Source: a virus (lineage: Duplodnaviria > Caudoviricetes). From it: DNA of 36,529 nt. Both the position numbers and the translations under genes were made by a program. The DNA lies in IMG/VR virus record IMGVR_UViG_3300020045_004911, positions 1 to 36,529 of that record. One strand, written 5' to 3'. Shown piece after piece: positions 7,569-17,339 of the stretch. Positions within the stretch are counted from its first letter, which is position 1, and each line of letters begins with the position of its first letter. The notes under the pieces are model-generated. The model was not told where the DNA came from, ran no database searches, and was given only the letters and a program-made list of their open reading frames with translations.

Positions 7569-10514
7569 ATGAGTTGGAGACAAGAAAAGACTAAAACTGG
7601 TTCAGACCTCGTCTATGACGGACTAGAGTTTGGTATTTCTCCGTCTCCCCATAAAGGTACTGCCAACATCCAAAACGCCAATATCTCAACTGAAAGTGGG
7701 GAGGTGCTGGCTTCGTATGGCCGTACTGCACAACAACAAACTGCTCTCACTAATCAGACCCTTACTCCTAACGGAGCTACTAATTTCACAGGGCCGTCTA
7801 CACTAAAGGCAGGGACATGGATTCGTGTATCAGCTTCGACAGTTACTTCTATTTCAGCAGCTACTAGCCCATCTAGTGTAACTGCTGACTATTTAGTTGT
7901 GGCTGGAGGTGGAGGAGGTGGAGTAGCTAAAGAAGCTAACTACGCTGGAGCTGGCGGTGGTGGAGCGGGAGCAGTCCGAACAGGGACAAATGCTTTTGCG
8001 GTAGGCTCTACATTAATTACCATTGGAGACGGTGGAGCTGGTGCAGTATCTTTTGGTGACAGAGGTGCTAACGGTGAAAATTCTGTATTAGGCTCTATCG
8101 TTACTGCTACAGGAGGTGGAGGAGGAGGAAGCGCGTATGATGGAGTTGCTCTTAGTGACGGCCTAAACGGAGGCTCAGGAGGAGGTGGTGGTGGAGAAAC
8201 TGGTGGTGTTGCTGGTACTGCGGGTACTGGTACTACTGGAGGTAACAACGGTGGCGCAGGAAGAGTAACTGCTAACGCAGCAGGCGGTGGTGGAGGAGGA
8301 GCAGGTGCTGTTGGTGGTGCAGCAACATCAGGTGTTGGTGGAAATGGAGGAGCAGGTACAGCTTCCTCTATCACAGGGACTTCGGTAACCTATGGAGGAG
8401 GTGGAGGAGGTGGAGGAGGAACAACACCAGGTACAGGAGGTTCAGGAGGAGGAGGTAATGGAGGTAGTGACTCTGCTGGATCAGACGGAACAGCAAATAC
8501 AGGAGGAGGAGGAGGCGGTGGTGGTGACACTTCTGATGTCCAGCGTGACGGTGGAGATGGTGGATCTGGTATTGCTGTTATTTCATACACAACAGGTTCA
8601 ATGGTTGCTACAGGAGGAACAGTTACCTATGCAGCAGGGAAAACCATACATACCTTTACTTCAGATGGAGTCTTTACTGTTATTTCAATCGCTACAGGAG
8701 GGTTGTATTATGTGTCGTATGCGTCAGGTACTACCTTTAAGCTCTCGGCTAACTTTGACCCTACTGGAGCGAATGCTGTCACACACGGAACAACGGGTAG
8801 TATTACCTTTAGTACTGTAGCTGCACCTAATCAAATGGTAGCTAAGGCAACTGAAAAATACACTAATGCTACTACCACTGAATACCGTTACTATATGCTT
8901 GATGTGAACAGTCGAGTATGGATGTGGGACTCTTATATTTACGAAACATACGGAACAATGTGGATGCTTCCTGATCCAAATGATTACTCAACCCTTAAAT
9001 GGACAGGTATGGCCGTCCTTAACGGCTGGCTTCTGACGGTAGGAAATGCCGCTATTTACGGACACCCTACCGTCAATCTGGGTACAGTAGCTGTTTTGTT
9101 AGACAATGCTTTCTTGAACGAACCATTTCCCACCCATAAAAACTTTGCTTTCACCGGGAAACAAGGAAAGATGTACTACTGTGATGGAAACTATATTGGA
9201 GAACTGTTTGCGACAACTTCTCTGATTACTTCCATTGCTAATATCCAATCGTATTGTTCATACACATCCTCTACAACTACCGGTACAGTATCCGCTGTTA
9301 TCGCCGGCTCCCTACCATATTCCCCTGACGGAACTCGTATACCTGCGGTATTCTTTACCGACATTTATGGTACTCAACCAACTAACCTAGCTAATAACAC
9401 GATTTACTACATTCAAGTAAATATCCAAGCTGGAACATTTGGTGTGTACTCCGCTATTACCGGAGGTTCAGCAATCAATATTGCTACTGGAGCAGCCGGT
9501 AACCAGTACTTCAATACTTTTTGGCCGCTGGGTGCTTCTGGTATTAATGGAGCTACTCCAACAGTCCAATTTTCAGCTCAACGAGTAAATCTCCCAGCTA
9601 ACGAAACAGCACAGTGTATGGTGGAAGTAGGAAATACCGTTATTATTGGCGGCAATACCACTACTCTATATCCTTGGAATCAAATTGATGCTACTCCGTC
9701 AGACTTCATCGAACTACCAGAAGCAGATGTAAAGACTATGATCAACGTCAATAACATGGCCTATGTGTTTGCAGGTAATAAAGGCAACGTATATATCACC
9801 AACAATTCAGTAGCTTCGCTAGCCCTAAAGGTACCAGACTACTGTGCCGGTGTTCCGGGAACGCCTTTGACCTACATTGAACCTCAATTTACTTGGGGTG
9901 ACGCCGACTATGTGCGTGGTCGGGTTTATTTCTCTATCCTAGACCAAACGGCAACCAAGGCAGGGAATTGTGGTGGTATCTGGTCGTTTGTTCCTACTCA
10001 AAACATCGACCCGTCACAAGAGATTGGTATGGCACTACGCCTAGAAAACCAACAGTCTTACGGTGACTATGATGGGTACGCTACTATCATTCTGCCTAAC
10101 CAAGAACAGACAGTAACCTCTCCCCAATACTGGACTGCATGGCAAGACAGTTACTCAACTGGTACTTCAAATTTTGGTATTGATGGAACGGGAACCACAC
10201 CAGTAACTACTTACGTAGTAGAAACAGACTTACTACCTTCCGGTACTTTCCTAGAAAAGGGAACCTTCCAACAACTAGAATATAAGCTAACTACCGCTCT
10301 AACTTCTGGAGACTCGGTACAACTTTATTACCGTACTAACTCTACCGATGCGTGGACTTCTTGTGGTACAGTAAAAGAAGAGACAAATAAAATCTCTGGT
10401 TACTTCAATCAGGTATTTCAGAAAACCCAGTATCTCCAATTCAGGATTGTAGTTACGACAGGCGGCACAACAGCTTCATCCTTTGCCCGATTTAAGCAGC
10501 TTATGTTAAGGTAA
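7569..10514 (+). CDS. Large tail/head-stabilisation protein (tail tube/P22 gp10-like position) with Gly-rich insertion
   Basis: 981 aa. Gly-rich domain runs YLVVAGGGGGG...TIHTFTSDG. C-terminus is YVVETD...YLQFRIVV. Lies upstream of the ejection proteins. Confidence 0.65.
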   Translation: MSWRQEKTKTGSDLVYDGLEFGISPSPHKGTANIQNANISTESGEVLASYGRTAQQQTALTNQTLTPNGATNFTGPSTLKAGTWIRVSASTVTSISAATSPSSVTADYLVVAGGGGGGVAKEANYAGAGGGGAGAVRTGTNAFAVGSTLITIGDGGAGAVSFGDRGANGENSVLGSIVTATGGGGGGSAYDGVALSDGLNGGSGGGGGGETGGVAGTAGTGTTGGNNGGAGRVTANAAGGGGGGAGAVGGAATSGVGGNGGAGTASSITGTSVTYGGGGGGGGGTTPGTGGSGGGGNGGSDSAGSDGTANTGGGGGGGGDTSDVQRDGGDGGSGIAVISYTTGSMVATGGTVTYAAGKTIHTFTSDGVFTVISIATGGLYYVSYASGTTFKLSANFDPTGANAVTHGTTGSITFSTVAAPNQMVAKATEKYTNATTTEYRYYMLDVNSRVWMWDSYIYETYGTMWMLPDPNDYSTLKWTGMAVLNGWLLTVGNAAIYGHPTVNLGTVAVLLDNAFLNEPFPTHKNFAFTGKQGKMYYCDGNYIGELFATTSLITSIANIQSYCSYTSSTTTGTVSAVIAGSLPYSPDGTRIPAVFFTDIYGTQPTNLANNTIYYIQVNIQAGTFGVYSAITGGSAINIATGAAGNQYFNTFWPLGASGINGATPTVQFSAQRVNLPANETAQCMVEVGNTVIIGGNTTTLYPWNQIDATPSDFIELPEADVKTMINVNNMAYVFAGNKGNVYITNNSVASLALKVPDYCAGVPGTPLTYIEPQFTWGDADYVRGRVYFSILDQTATKAGNCGGIWSFVPTQNIDPSQEIGMALRLENQQSYGDYDGYATIILPNQEQTVTSPQYWTAWQDSYSTGTSNFGIDGTGTTPVTTYVVETDLLPSGTFLEKGTFQQLEYKLTTALTSGDSVQLYYRTNSTDAWTSCGTVKEETNKISGYFNQVFQKTQYLQFRIVVTTGGTTASSFARFKQLMLR

Positions 10515-10515
10515 T

Positions 10516-11127
10516 ATGCAATTTACTGAACAAAATATAAGAAAAATGATGCGTGAAGAAATTGCTAGAAGCAATGCTTCTTCTCGGTTCCAACTTAATA
10601 CTGTCCCACAGCATGTGCATAACGGTATAGATAGCCCACTCCTTAAGGAGGAGAATATTATTCCTAGTGTCTCCGTCTCTGGCAATATCAGCTTTGCGGC
10701 TTCAGATACCTACACCATTTACCTAAGTTCCAGTTTCACTCCTCGAAGTATCACTGCTTATGGGAATATAACCGGCAGCGGAGCAGAACTTTACATGTCT
10801 ATTGGTACAGCCAATCTTACTCCTAGTTTCTATTTACAACCAGATACTACGCGTACTGTGGTAACAGGGTCTATACAGTACCCTTTTATAGACCCAAACC
10901 TTGACGTTACTGTCCCATTACAATCTTCTTGTTATATAGGGGCAGAAAATACTAGTACAGGAAGCAATATGCATTCCTTATCCAGTGAAGGACATATTGT
11001 GAATGTGTTTTACGGAAATGACATCAAGGCGAGAGCTACAATTACCGAGTTCACAAAGAGTTTTATCAAAATACAGACAACCATTGACTCTGGCTGGGAG
11101 ATGAATATTAACTATGTAATTACATAA
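10516..11127 (+). CDS. Putative tail protein
   Basis: 203 aa with an HVHNGIDSP motif seen in phage tail proteins. Confidence 0.55.
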   Translation: MQFTEQNIRKMMREEIARSNASSRFQLNTVPQHVHNGIDSPLLKEENIIPSVSVSGNISFAASDTYTIYLSSSFTPRSITAYGNITGSGAELYMSIGTANLTPSFYLQPDTTRTVVTGSIQYPFIDPNLDVTVPLQSSCYIGAENTSTGSNMHSLSSEGHIVNVFYGNDIKARATITEFTKSFIKIQTTIDSGWEMNINYVIT

Positions 11128-11128
11128 T

Positions 11129-12244
11129 ATGAAAACGTTTACTACATTAAAGAATCTTGCTACTAACCTTAGCAATAACTCTTCTACCGACAATGACACC
11201 CTCATGGGACAGCTTATTTCTGACCGTCACCGCTATCTAATCCAAAAGTGGTTTGATAACGAAAGAACATACACTACGCTCACTATTGGTGCTGAGGACT
11301 TAGTAATGACAGCGGTTCGCGCAGCGGGTGACACTTCTGCTACCCTGACCACTACGTGGACTGATATTTCCTGCCAACAGTTGGTTAATTTCTCAGGTGG
11401 TGAACAACGCAACGTCCGCTTTACTCAAGGCTCCACCGCTATCTCTTGGCAACCTGCCCTTACAGAATCGGCTACAGTAGATATCACAACAGTAGGTGTA
11501 CAAGCCTACCCTATCCCAGCTCACGTTTCTAAGATTAAGAACAACACTATCACGGTAGGCCAGTTGCAATACACCCCAGCTCCGATTCAGTCAATCCAAG
11601 AATGGACAATGCTTAATGCTCTTCCATACACCTCAGACATTCCTAATTACTTTTATATCTACAATAATCAGGTGTTGTTCTGGCCGATTCCTAGTACTTC
11701 AGGCAATGTTATTTCCTTTAACTATAAAGGTCGAGTACCGGACCTTTCTTTTGCGGATTATTCAACTGGTACCCTCTCTAGTATTGCCGTGGGTGACAAT
11801 CAAATCAGTGGTTCTTCTACTTCATGGAATACCACAGCGGGGTATCCGCTGAATACGGACCTAACTTTCTTCAATCTATTCCTACGGATTACCCCTCCTA
11901 GTGGGGATGGTATCTGGTACCCCATCCAAAAGTTTACTTCTGACACAGAGGTTATTTTGGCTAGTCCAATTCAAAATGCTCCGTCCGCAACAGGTAGTTC
12001 GTATACCATCGGTCAAATGCCCCTCTTGCAGGAAGACTTCCACGACATGCTCGTCTATGGAGCATTGAAGATATACTTTTCCTCAATAGTAAAAGACGCA
12101 AATCTATTTGAACAGTATAATACTCTGGAAGCAGAACGACTGGAAATGTTGAAAGATTATGCGGGTTCAAAGTCAGTAAATGTTGATTTAGGTTCCCAAC
12201 CTATCCCGTCAAATCCCAACCTTTACATTTATGGTCAAAGTTAA
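11129..12244 (+). CDS. Putative head-tail adaptor / tail tubular protein
   Basis: 371 aa. Motifs Y.IP..VSKI, LFWPIP and P.LQEDFHDMLVYGAL are typical of podoviral adaptor proteins. Confidence 0.6.
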   Translation: MKTFTTLKNLATNLSNNSSTDNDTLMGQLISDRHRYLIQKWFDNERTYTTLTIGAEDLVMTAVRAAGDTSATLTTTWTDISCQQLVNFSGGEQRNVRFTQGSTAISWQPALTESATVDITTVGVQAYPIPAHVSKIKNNTITVGQLQYTPAPIQSIQEWTMLNALPYTSDIPNYFYIYNNQVLFWPIPSTSGNVISFNYKGRVPDLSFADYSTGTLSSIAVGDNQISGSSTSWNTTAGYPLNTDLTFFNLFLRITPPSGDGIWYPIQKFTSDTEVILASPIQNAPSATGSSYTIGQMPLLQEDFHDMLVYGALKIYFSSIVKDANLFEQYNTLEAERLEMLKDYAGSKSVNVDLGSQPIPSNPNLYIYGQS

Positions 12245-12254
12245 TTATTAATAT

Positions 12255-13841
12255 ATGGCATACATCAACAACACGTACAAACCCAACACCAGTCGATTCT
12301 CTCGGTCTTTTACTCCAGCTCTGACTAACATTCGCTCTACACCGTCAAAGACACCTACTGCTTCTTCCAAACTCAATCCGGGTAGTTTAGGAATGAATAC
12401 TTTCAACCTGTCACAACCGTCTCAAGGATGGAAAGATGCCTTTAAAGGCAAGCCTATCCCCGGTACGATGGGGCCAATTCGACCGACTACGGGACTCGTA
12501 ACAAACAAAGCACCGGCTAATCAACAGACTGCCACTCCTCCAGTAACCAGTCCGCAACCAGAGGTAGGTACTACCACAACAGTGGGTTCTGTGCCGGCCA
12601 CAAACCAGACAAATATGATTAAACAAGGCGGGAAAACAGGTTTGGTAAAGCCGCCAACTTCTGCTTTTGGAGGCATTGTACAGGGTTTACAAGACCGGTC
12701 TAAGACGTCAGGTGACCAAAGGCGTCTCTTGAAGAGATTGGAACAAGAAGCACAGGCCAACAAATCGATTGGTGAAAATGCCCGTCAAATCTCTGAAGAC
12801 TACGGAAAAGAAATTGCCCAAGTGGGTAAACTTGGTGCTGGTGCGGTGGCAGGGAACCTTTCTACCGGTTCGAATGTTGTCGGGTCTGGTAACGCTAACT
12901 TAGCCTCACAAGCAGCGTCTGCTCGCATGTCAGCCCTTTCACAAGGACAAGAGGCCGCTCTTCGTGGTACTGGGCAGCAATTAAGTGCTACAGGTCAACT
13001 CACAAATGCCCTGACATCTGGTCTGGGAGCGCAGCAAGCGCAGCAAGCTGCGGGTATTCAAGGCTTGAGTTCAGCTGGACAACTAGCGCAGCCTAATCCT
13101 GCCGCTTACGGACAGACAGTCTTTGACCCGACTACCGGCGAATACACCAACAACAATATGGATCCACAACAACAAGCTGGTAACCTAGCCCAACAGGTGA
13201 TGTCTGGAGCTATGACCTATGACCAAGCTCTCGCTTCTATTGGCTACGCTGGTGCGGCTGGTTCTAACTTCCTCAATAACGCCATCACCGGAGCCGGGGG
13301 CAATCCACTACAACTTCAAGCTTCTGGCTCTGCTCAACAAGCCAACATTACCGGTTCTGAAACTGCAGGAACTGACATCGCTCGAGCCGGTTTGATGGAC
13401 GCAACGCAACAGTACGTCCAAATGAATACTGCCGCCAATACAGCCCACCAACAGTCACAGGCTCTCCTTAATATCATGAGTACGGCTGACATTAACGGCC
13501 AACCACTTATTCGAGTAAATAAGGCTTGGAACCAAATCCTAGAGGAGACTTCTGACCCTAATATTGCTTCTTACTTTGCAGCTCTCGAGGAAGCTCGCGG
13601 CTTCTACAGTGCGCTTCTTTCAACTGGTGGTTCTGCCCCAACTGAGAACGACCGCAAGTCTATCGGGATTCTTAATGGTAACTCTACCCCACAAGCGACC
13701 GCTGCGGCTATTCAAGAATTGGAAAACGCAGTGGCTCGACGACTTGGTTCACAGTACCAAGCTATGCAGCAATACAACCAGAATCTTGGTGATACGGGTA
13801 CAGGCTCTTACGGTGGTGGAGGTTTTGCAGAGGCTTGGTAA
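12255..13841 (+). CDS. Putative internal virion (DNA ejection) protein
   Basis: 528 aa, Q/A/G/N-rich low-complexity helical sequence, located after the tail genes. Confidence 0.6.
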   Translation: MAYINNTYKPNTSRFSRSFTPALTNIRSTPSKTPTASSKLNPGSLGMNTFNLSQPSQGWKDAFKGKPIPGTMGPIRPTTGLVTNKAPANQQTATPPVTSPQPEVGTTTTVGSVPATNQTNMIKQGGKTGLVKPPTSAFGGIVQGLQDRSKTSGDQRRLLKRLEQEAQANKSIGENARQISEDYGKEIAQVGKLGAGAVAGNLSTGSNVVGSGNANLASQAASARMSALSQGQEAALRGTGQQLSATGQLTNALTSGLGAQQAQQAAGIQGLSSAGQLAQPNPAAYGQTVFDPTTGEYTNNNMDPQQQAGNLAQQVMSGAMTYDQALASIGYAGAAGSNFLNNAITGAGGNPLQLQASGSAQQANITGSETAGTDIARAGLMDATQQYVQMNTAANTAHQQSQALLNIMSTADINGQPLIRVNKAWNQILEETSDPNIASYFAALEEARGFYSALLSTGGSAPTENDRKSIGILNGNSTPQATAAAIQELENAVARRLGSQYQAMQQYNQNLGDTGTGSYGGGGFAEAW

Positions 13842-13853
13842 TCATAAATATAT

Positions 13854-15626
13854 ATGCCACAAGATATTGACCCTAAAGTTAAAAAGCTGGTGTCAGCTAT
13901 TGCTCAAACTGAGACTGGACAAGCTAGTCCTGACGCGTACCGTAAACGTGGTGCTTCTGGTGAATATGGTCGGTACCAATTCATGCCGGACACTTGGAGA
14001 AGTTACGCTAGTCAGGCCGGTATTAATAAACCCTTAGAGGAATCTACGATTGAGGATCAGAACAAGGTTGCCTACCACAAGATCAAGTCCTTGAAGGATA
14101 AGGGTTATACTCCAGCTCAAATTGCTTCTATGTGGAACGCTGGAGAAGGTGAACCAGATGCGTACAAGGGTACTTTTTCTTCTGGCAAACCCTCTAAAGG
14201 AGTAAACGCTAAGGGCGTCCAGTTTGATGTACCCGGTTATGCCCAGAAGGTGTCGGCAGCCTACCAAAACCAACAAGGAGGCACTTACTTACCTCCAGCT
14301 CCACCGGCCGGTGCATTTACCCCCGCTGAAGGTTCAGGAGTACAGAACGTACAGAATCAACTAGGTATCAAACCAGAAGGTTTCTTAAATCAATTGGGAC
14401 AAAATGTCACCCAAGCTGGTCAAGGAATCGAGAAGGCCGTCCAAGATACCAAAACAGGTGCAATCAATCCGGCTTCTGGGGTCCTTCAAGGTGTCGGTGC
14501 TGGTGCTGGACTTGTCGGTACAACGGTAGACACCGCCTTGTCTAATCTTCCTCTAGGCGTAGGAAAAGCCTACCAATGGGGTAGTGAGAAGCTAGGACAA
14601 GCGATTGGGGGTGCTGCCGAAGCGACTGGTGCTGCCGATGCTTTCCGCAATCTTTCACCAGAGACACAAGGTAATATTGGGGCTGCAGGAAACATCGCAA
14701 GCGTAGTACCCCTATTCAAGGCTCTCGGAACTGGCAAGCGCGGCTTTGCAGATGCGATGACAGGAATCAAAAAAGGTTCTATCAAAAAAGAAGCGGTTGG
14801 TGAACTGGAGCAAAAGTTGGGTAATAGCCAACTGGCGACACGGCTGGCTGATGATGGTGCAGTCAAACGTTTAGTGGACAAAGACATTCTTCCTGATGTT
14901 GTGGAAACAGGTAAGGACGTGTTTACCTACAATGTCGATGACGCCATGTCTAAGATTGACAAGGAAATGAAGGCCGTCATTAAGAAGCAAGATGACGTTG
15001 CTAGTAAACAAACTGCTACCTATAAGCAAGGGGAACTTGGTGGGTATTCAAAATTAGACAAGGACACAAAAATCAGTACTCCTGTTCAAGACTCTCTTGA
15101 GAACCTAAAGAAGCACTTTGAAAGTACTTACGACCAACAGGGTCAACTCTGGTGGAAGCAAATGGAAACCAAACTTAAAGGCGATCAAATTACGGTTCAA
15201 GACATGAATGATATCGCTCGTGAGCTGACAAAGGCAAAGAATAGCTATCTTGCGTCTGGTGACCTATCTTCTTCAATTCCTAAGCAAGCGTGGGAGAACC
15301 TGCGCCGTGATTTAAAAGATGCTATTGCTAATCGTGATGCTACCGGAGAAATGAGGAAACTAGATAAGGACTATTCCCAAATGGTGAACGAGAAAAAAGC
15401 CCTCATTAAACTAAAGGGCAAACGGGTGCGCCAAAAGAAAGAAGGCTTTGTTAAAGGTCTTCTTCGAGAGGTTCCGGGAGCTGGTCTCGTATTGCCAAAA
15501 ACAACATCAACAGCCACGATGCGACTAAGACGTAAACGTCCACTACGAGAAACAGCACGAAAAGGCCTAATGCAAGTGGGAGTAGGACAGGGATTAGCAA
15601 ACCAACAAGGGCAAGGAAAGCGGTAA
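13854..15626 (+). CDS. Ejection protein with N-terminal lysozyme-like (lytic transglycosylase) domain
   Basis: AIAQTETG (candidate catalytic Glu), GEYGRYQFMPDTW and ASMWNAG match SLT/goose-lysozyme motifs. Confidence 0.75.
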   Translation: MPQDIDPKVKKLVSAIAQTETGQASPDAYRKRGASGEYGRYQFMPDTWRSYASQAGINKPLEESTIEDQNKVAYHKIKSLKDKGYTPAQIASMWNAGEGEPDAYKGTFSSGKPSKGVNAKGVQFDVPGYAQKVSAAYQNQQGGTYLPPAPPAGAFTPAEGSGVQNVQNQLGIKPEGFLNQLGQNVTQAGQGIEKAVQDTKTGAINPASGVLQGVGAGAGLVGTTVDTALSNLPLGVGKAYQWGSEKLGQAIGGAAEATGAADAFRNLSPETQGNIGAAGNIASVVPLFKALGTGKRGFADAMTGIKKGSIKKEAVGELEQKLGNSQLATRLADDGAVKRLVDKDILPDVVETGKDVFTYNVDDAMSKIDKEMKAVIKKQDDVASKQTATYKQGELGGYSKLDKDTKISTPVQDSLENLKKHFESTYDQQGQLWWKQMETKLKGDQITVQDMNDIARELTKAKNSYLASGDLSSSIPKQAWENLRRDLKDAIANRDATGEMRKLDKDYSQMVNEKKALIKLKGKRVRQKKEGFVKGLLREVPGAGLVLPKTTSTATMRLRRKRPLRETARKGLMQVGVGQGLANQQGQGKR

Positions 15627-15642
15627 CTTCATATCGTTTCAT
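15451..15642 (-). CDS. 63-aa antisense membrane protein, probably leaderless
   Basis: About 45 hydrophobic residues. Promoter TTGACT-17-TATCGT ends 7 nt before the ATG. Confidence 0.55.
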   Translation of the reverse strand: MKRYEVTAFLALVGLLIPVLLPLALGLFVLFLVVDVYVLVASWLLMLFLAIRDQLPEPLEEDL

Positions 15643-15649
15643 ATATAAA

Positions 15650-15705
15650 ACGATACCTCGTTATCAACAGATAGTCAACACTTATCCACAGAAAAGTTTT
15701 ATAGT
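15650..15705. promoter_or_regulatory. Divergent promoter region with DnaA-box-like sites
   Basis: Minus strand: TTGACT (15678-15673), 17 nt, TATCGT (15655-15650). Plus strand: TATAGT 15700-15705, 6 nt before ATG 15712. Boxes TTATCCACA 15682-15690 and TTATCAACA 15661-15669. Confidence 0.6.
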
Positions 15706-15711
15706 GAAACT

Positions 15712-16206
15712 ATGGCAAAAAAGCCCACAGACGCTCAACTTAGGGCAAGAATAGCAGAACTACGTTTACTCATAGCAAACCTCCTTAAAAGGCCTCCTGT
15801 GACCTTACAGCCCCTAGTTAGACGGCAGTCCGAGAAGGTCATAGCAGATATGGAGAAGTTCGGCTATAAAGTGATGGTCTATCAAGGTTTCCGTTCCAAA
15901 GCTGAACAGGACTACTTATACGCACAAGGACGGACACGAGCAGGAGCTATCGTCACCAACGCTAAAGGTGGCTATTCTCTGCACAACTATGGCTGTGCGG
16001 TAGATATAGTCTTTATTGAAAATGGTCGCCCTTCATGGGCTGAATATCACCCGTGGACGGTATTGGGTCACACCCTTGAAAAGCATGGGTTCGAGTGGGG
16101 TGGAACATGGACTTCGTTTCCTGATCGTCCGCATGGCCAAATTACTTTTGGCTATACCCTGTATGACTTCTTATCAAATAAAGTAGATTACAAAAAATAT
16201 GTTTAA
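15712..16206 (+). CDS. Endolysin, peptidase M15 family (L-Ala-D-Glu peptidase-like)
   Basis: Motifs GFRSKAEQDYLYAQGRT, SLHNYGCAVD (Zn ligands H, D), EWGGTW and DRPH. Confidence 0.92.
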   Translation: MAKKPTDAQLRARIAELRLLIANLLKRPPVTLQPLVRRQSEKVIADMEKFGYKVMVYQGFRSKAEQDYLYAQGRTRAGAIVTNAKGGYSLHNYGCAVDIVFIENGRPSWAEYHPWTVLGHTLEKHGFEWGGTWTSFPDRPHGQITFGYTLYDFLSNKVDYKKYV

Positions 16207-16459
16207 AATAACCTTAGGGGATTTATTCAGAGGCTTGGTGATGGCTATTATTGCCCCAGTAACGATTGCTATCTTGGGAGTGTTTAGTAGTGTGATTACC
16301 TCAGACTTTGATGTCTTTTCACTGGACTTTATTAAACTCTTCAAAGAACTCACCAACGTCTTTATCATTGCCTCATACTCAGCTGGCTCTAGTTACATTT
16401 TGAAGAACTTGTTGACAACTGACGATGGGAATTTCTTAGGTATTGATGTAAAATCATAA
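16199..16459 (+). CDS. Putative holin
   Basis: 86 aa with two hydrophobic segments, overlapping the endolysin stop. Confidence 0.7.
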   Translation: MFKITLGDLFRGLVMAIIAPVTIAILGVFSSVITSDFDVFSLDFIKLFKELTNVFIIASYSAGSSYILKNLLTTDDGNFLGIDVKS

Positions 16460-16504
16460 GGTAAGGAGCGAACACCTTACACTCTCGTCAATCCTTTGGA
16501 TTGT

Positions 16505-16540
16505 ACACAAAGACCGACACGCGACTGTCGGTCTTTGTGT
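16505..16540 (+). terminator. Intrinsic terminator of the late/lysis operon
   Basis: Perfect 15-bp stem ACACAAAGACCGACA / TGTCGGTCTTTGTGT. Confidence 0.8.
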
Positions 16541-16626
16541 TATATTAAATGTAATCTTCTACGAATGGGGTAGTAAGTGTTCTTCTTCAGAGGCTACAAT
16601 TAAATAATGTTCATACCCACCCAATA

Positions 16627-16651
16627 GAAAAGCCCCCATCCGGGGCTTTTC
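16627..16651. terminator. Bidirectional intrinsic terminator
   Basis: GAAAAGCCCC-CATCC-GGGGCTTTTC, directly after the stop of the minus-strand gene. Confidence 0.8.
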
Positions 16652-16653
16652 AC

Positions 16654-17142
16654 TTATAGGTATTTTTTATGTTTTCCTTCTCGATACGCTGACCATTGGT
16701 TGAAGTTCTTTCCCGTATGATCATAGATGTATTTTGCCATTCTGATACAACTGGCAGGGTTGGTTTTGTAATCTCCGTAACCTAAGTTCTTTGCTTTCTT
16801 ATCCCAAGACGGTGCGTGGATTTGAAATGCACAGAAGCTAGGCTCCCTGACTCCATTTCTATAGAAGTCACTTTGTCGTTCTTTGACTAAACCTCCTTCA
16901 GCCTTTGCCACAGCCACAGCGGTGTTCGGTATCTCGTGGAACACTGTTCTAATTTCTTTTTCAATTCTCCTCGGTGTCCAATCTACTACTACCTCCAATT
17001 TTACTTCTTTGGGTTCCTCTTTAAAAGTCGCAGCTTCTGCTTTATGCACAATTAATGGTTGCATGAGTATATCTCCAATGATTCCTGTTATAACTCCAAC
17101 CAGTACTGAACCTACTATGAGGTTATTCCAATTTTTTAAAAT
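16654..17142 (-). CDS. Lysozyme-like/lytic transglycosylase with probable N-terminal membrane anchor; start uncertain (ATG 17064 or non-canonical ATT 17142)
   Basis: Motifs AVAVAKAEGG, CAFQIH, NPASCIRMAKYIY and NQWSAY. The frame stays open to 17160 and encodes LIVGSVLVGVITGIIGDIL. Confidence 0.65.
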   Translation of the reverse strand: MLKNWNNLIVGSVLVGVITGIIGDILMQPLIVHKAEAATFKEEPKEVKLEVVVDWTPRRIEKEIRTVFHEIPNTAVAVAKAEGGLVKERQSDFYRNGVREPSFCAFQIHAPSWDKKAKNLGYGDYKTNPASCIRMAKYIYDHTGKNFNQWSAYREGKHKKYL

Positions 17143-17166
17143 AAGCGGGTGTCTTAAATATTAATC

Positions 17167-17264
17167 GGGGGAGGACAAAGGCCGGCACCACACCGGCCTC
17201 CCTATCTCCCCCACTCCTTAAGTTTAGCATGTAAAACCCCTCTGAATATGAAAACTGGGGATAA
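17167..17264 (-). promoter_or_regulatory. Promoter (extended -10) and GC-rich leader hairpin
   Basis: TGcTAAACT at 17229-17221 and TTATCCCCAG at 17264-17255. Hairpin GGGGGAG..AGGCCGGT/GCCGGCCT..CTCCCCC spans 17212-17167. Confidence 0.55.
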
Positions 17265-17291
17265 AAATACCCATATTTCTACGGGTATTTT
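17263..17291 (-). terminator. Terminator of the leftward accessory operon
   Basis: AAAATACCCGTA-GAAA-TATGGGTATTTTT on the minus strand. Confidence 0.8.
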
Positions 17292-17339
17292 AGTTTGTAA
17301 TCGGACTCTAGCGGCCCCGTTTGATTGGACCACCTCCCT

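Noticed and set aside
7940-8820. Pro-rich antisense ORFs (7940-8374, 8390-8590) and Glu-rich ORF 8392-8820
   Set aside because: They are shadows of GGA/GGT glycine codon runs in the tail gene.
1-9626. 121-bp repeat as a DGR template/variable repeat pair or as terminal repeats
   Set aside because: The copies are identical with no adenine-specific mismatches, no reverse transcriptase is in the window, and the second copy is mid-gene rather than at the other end.
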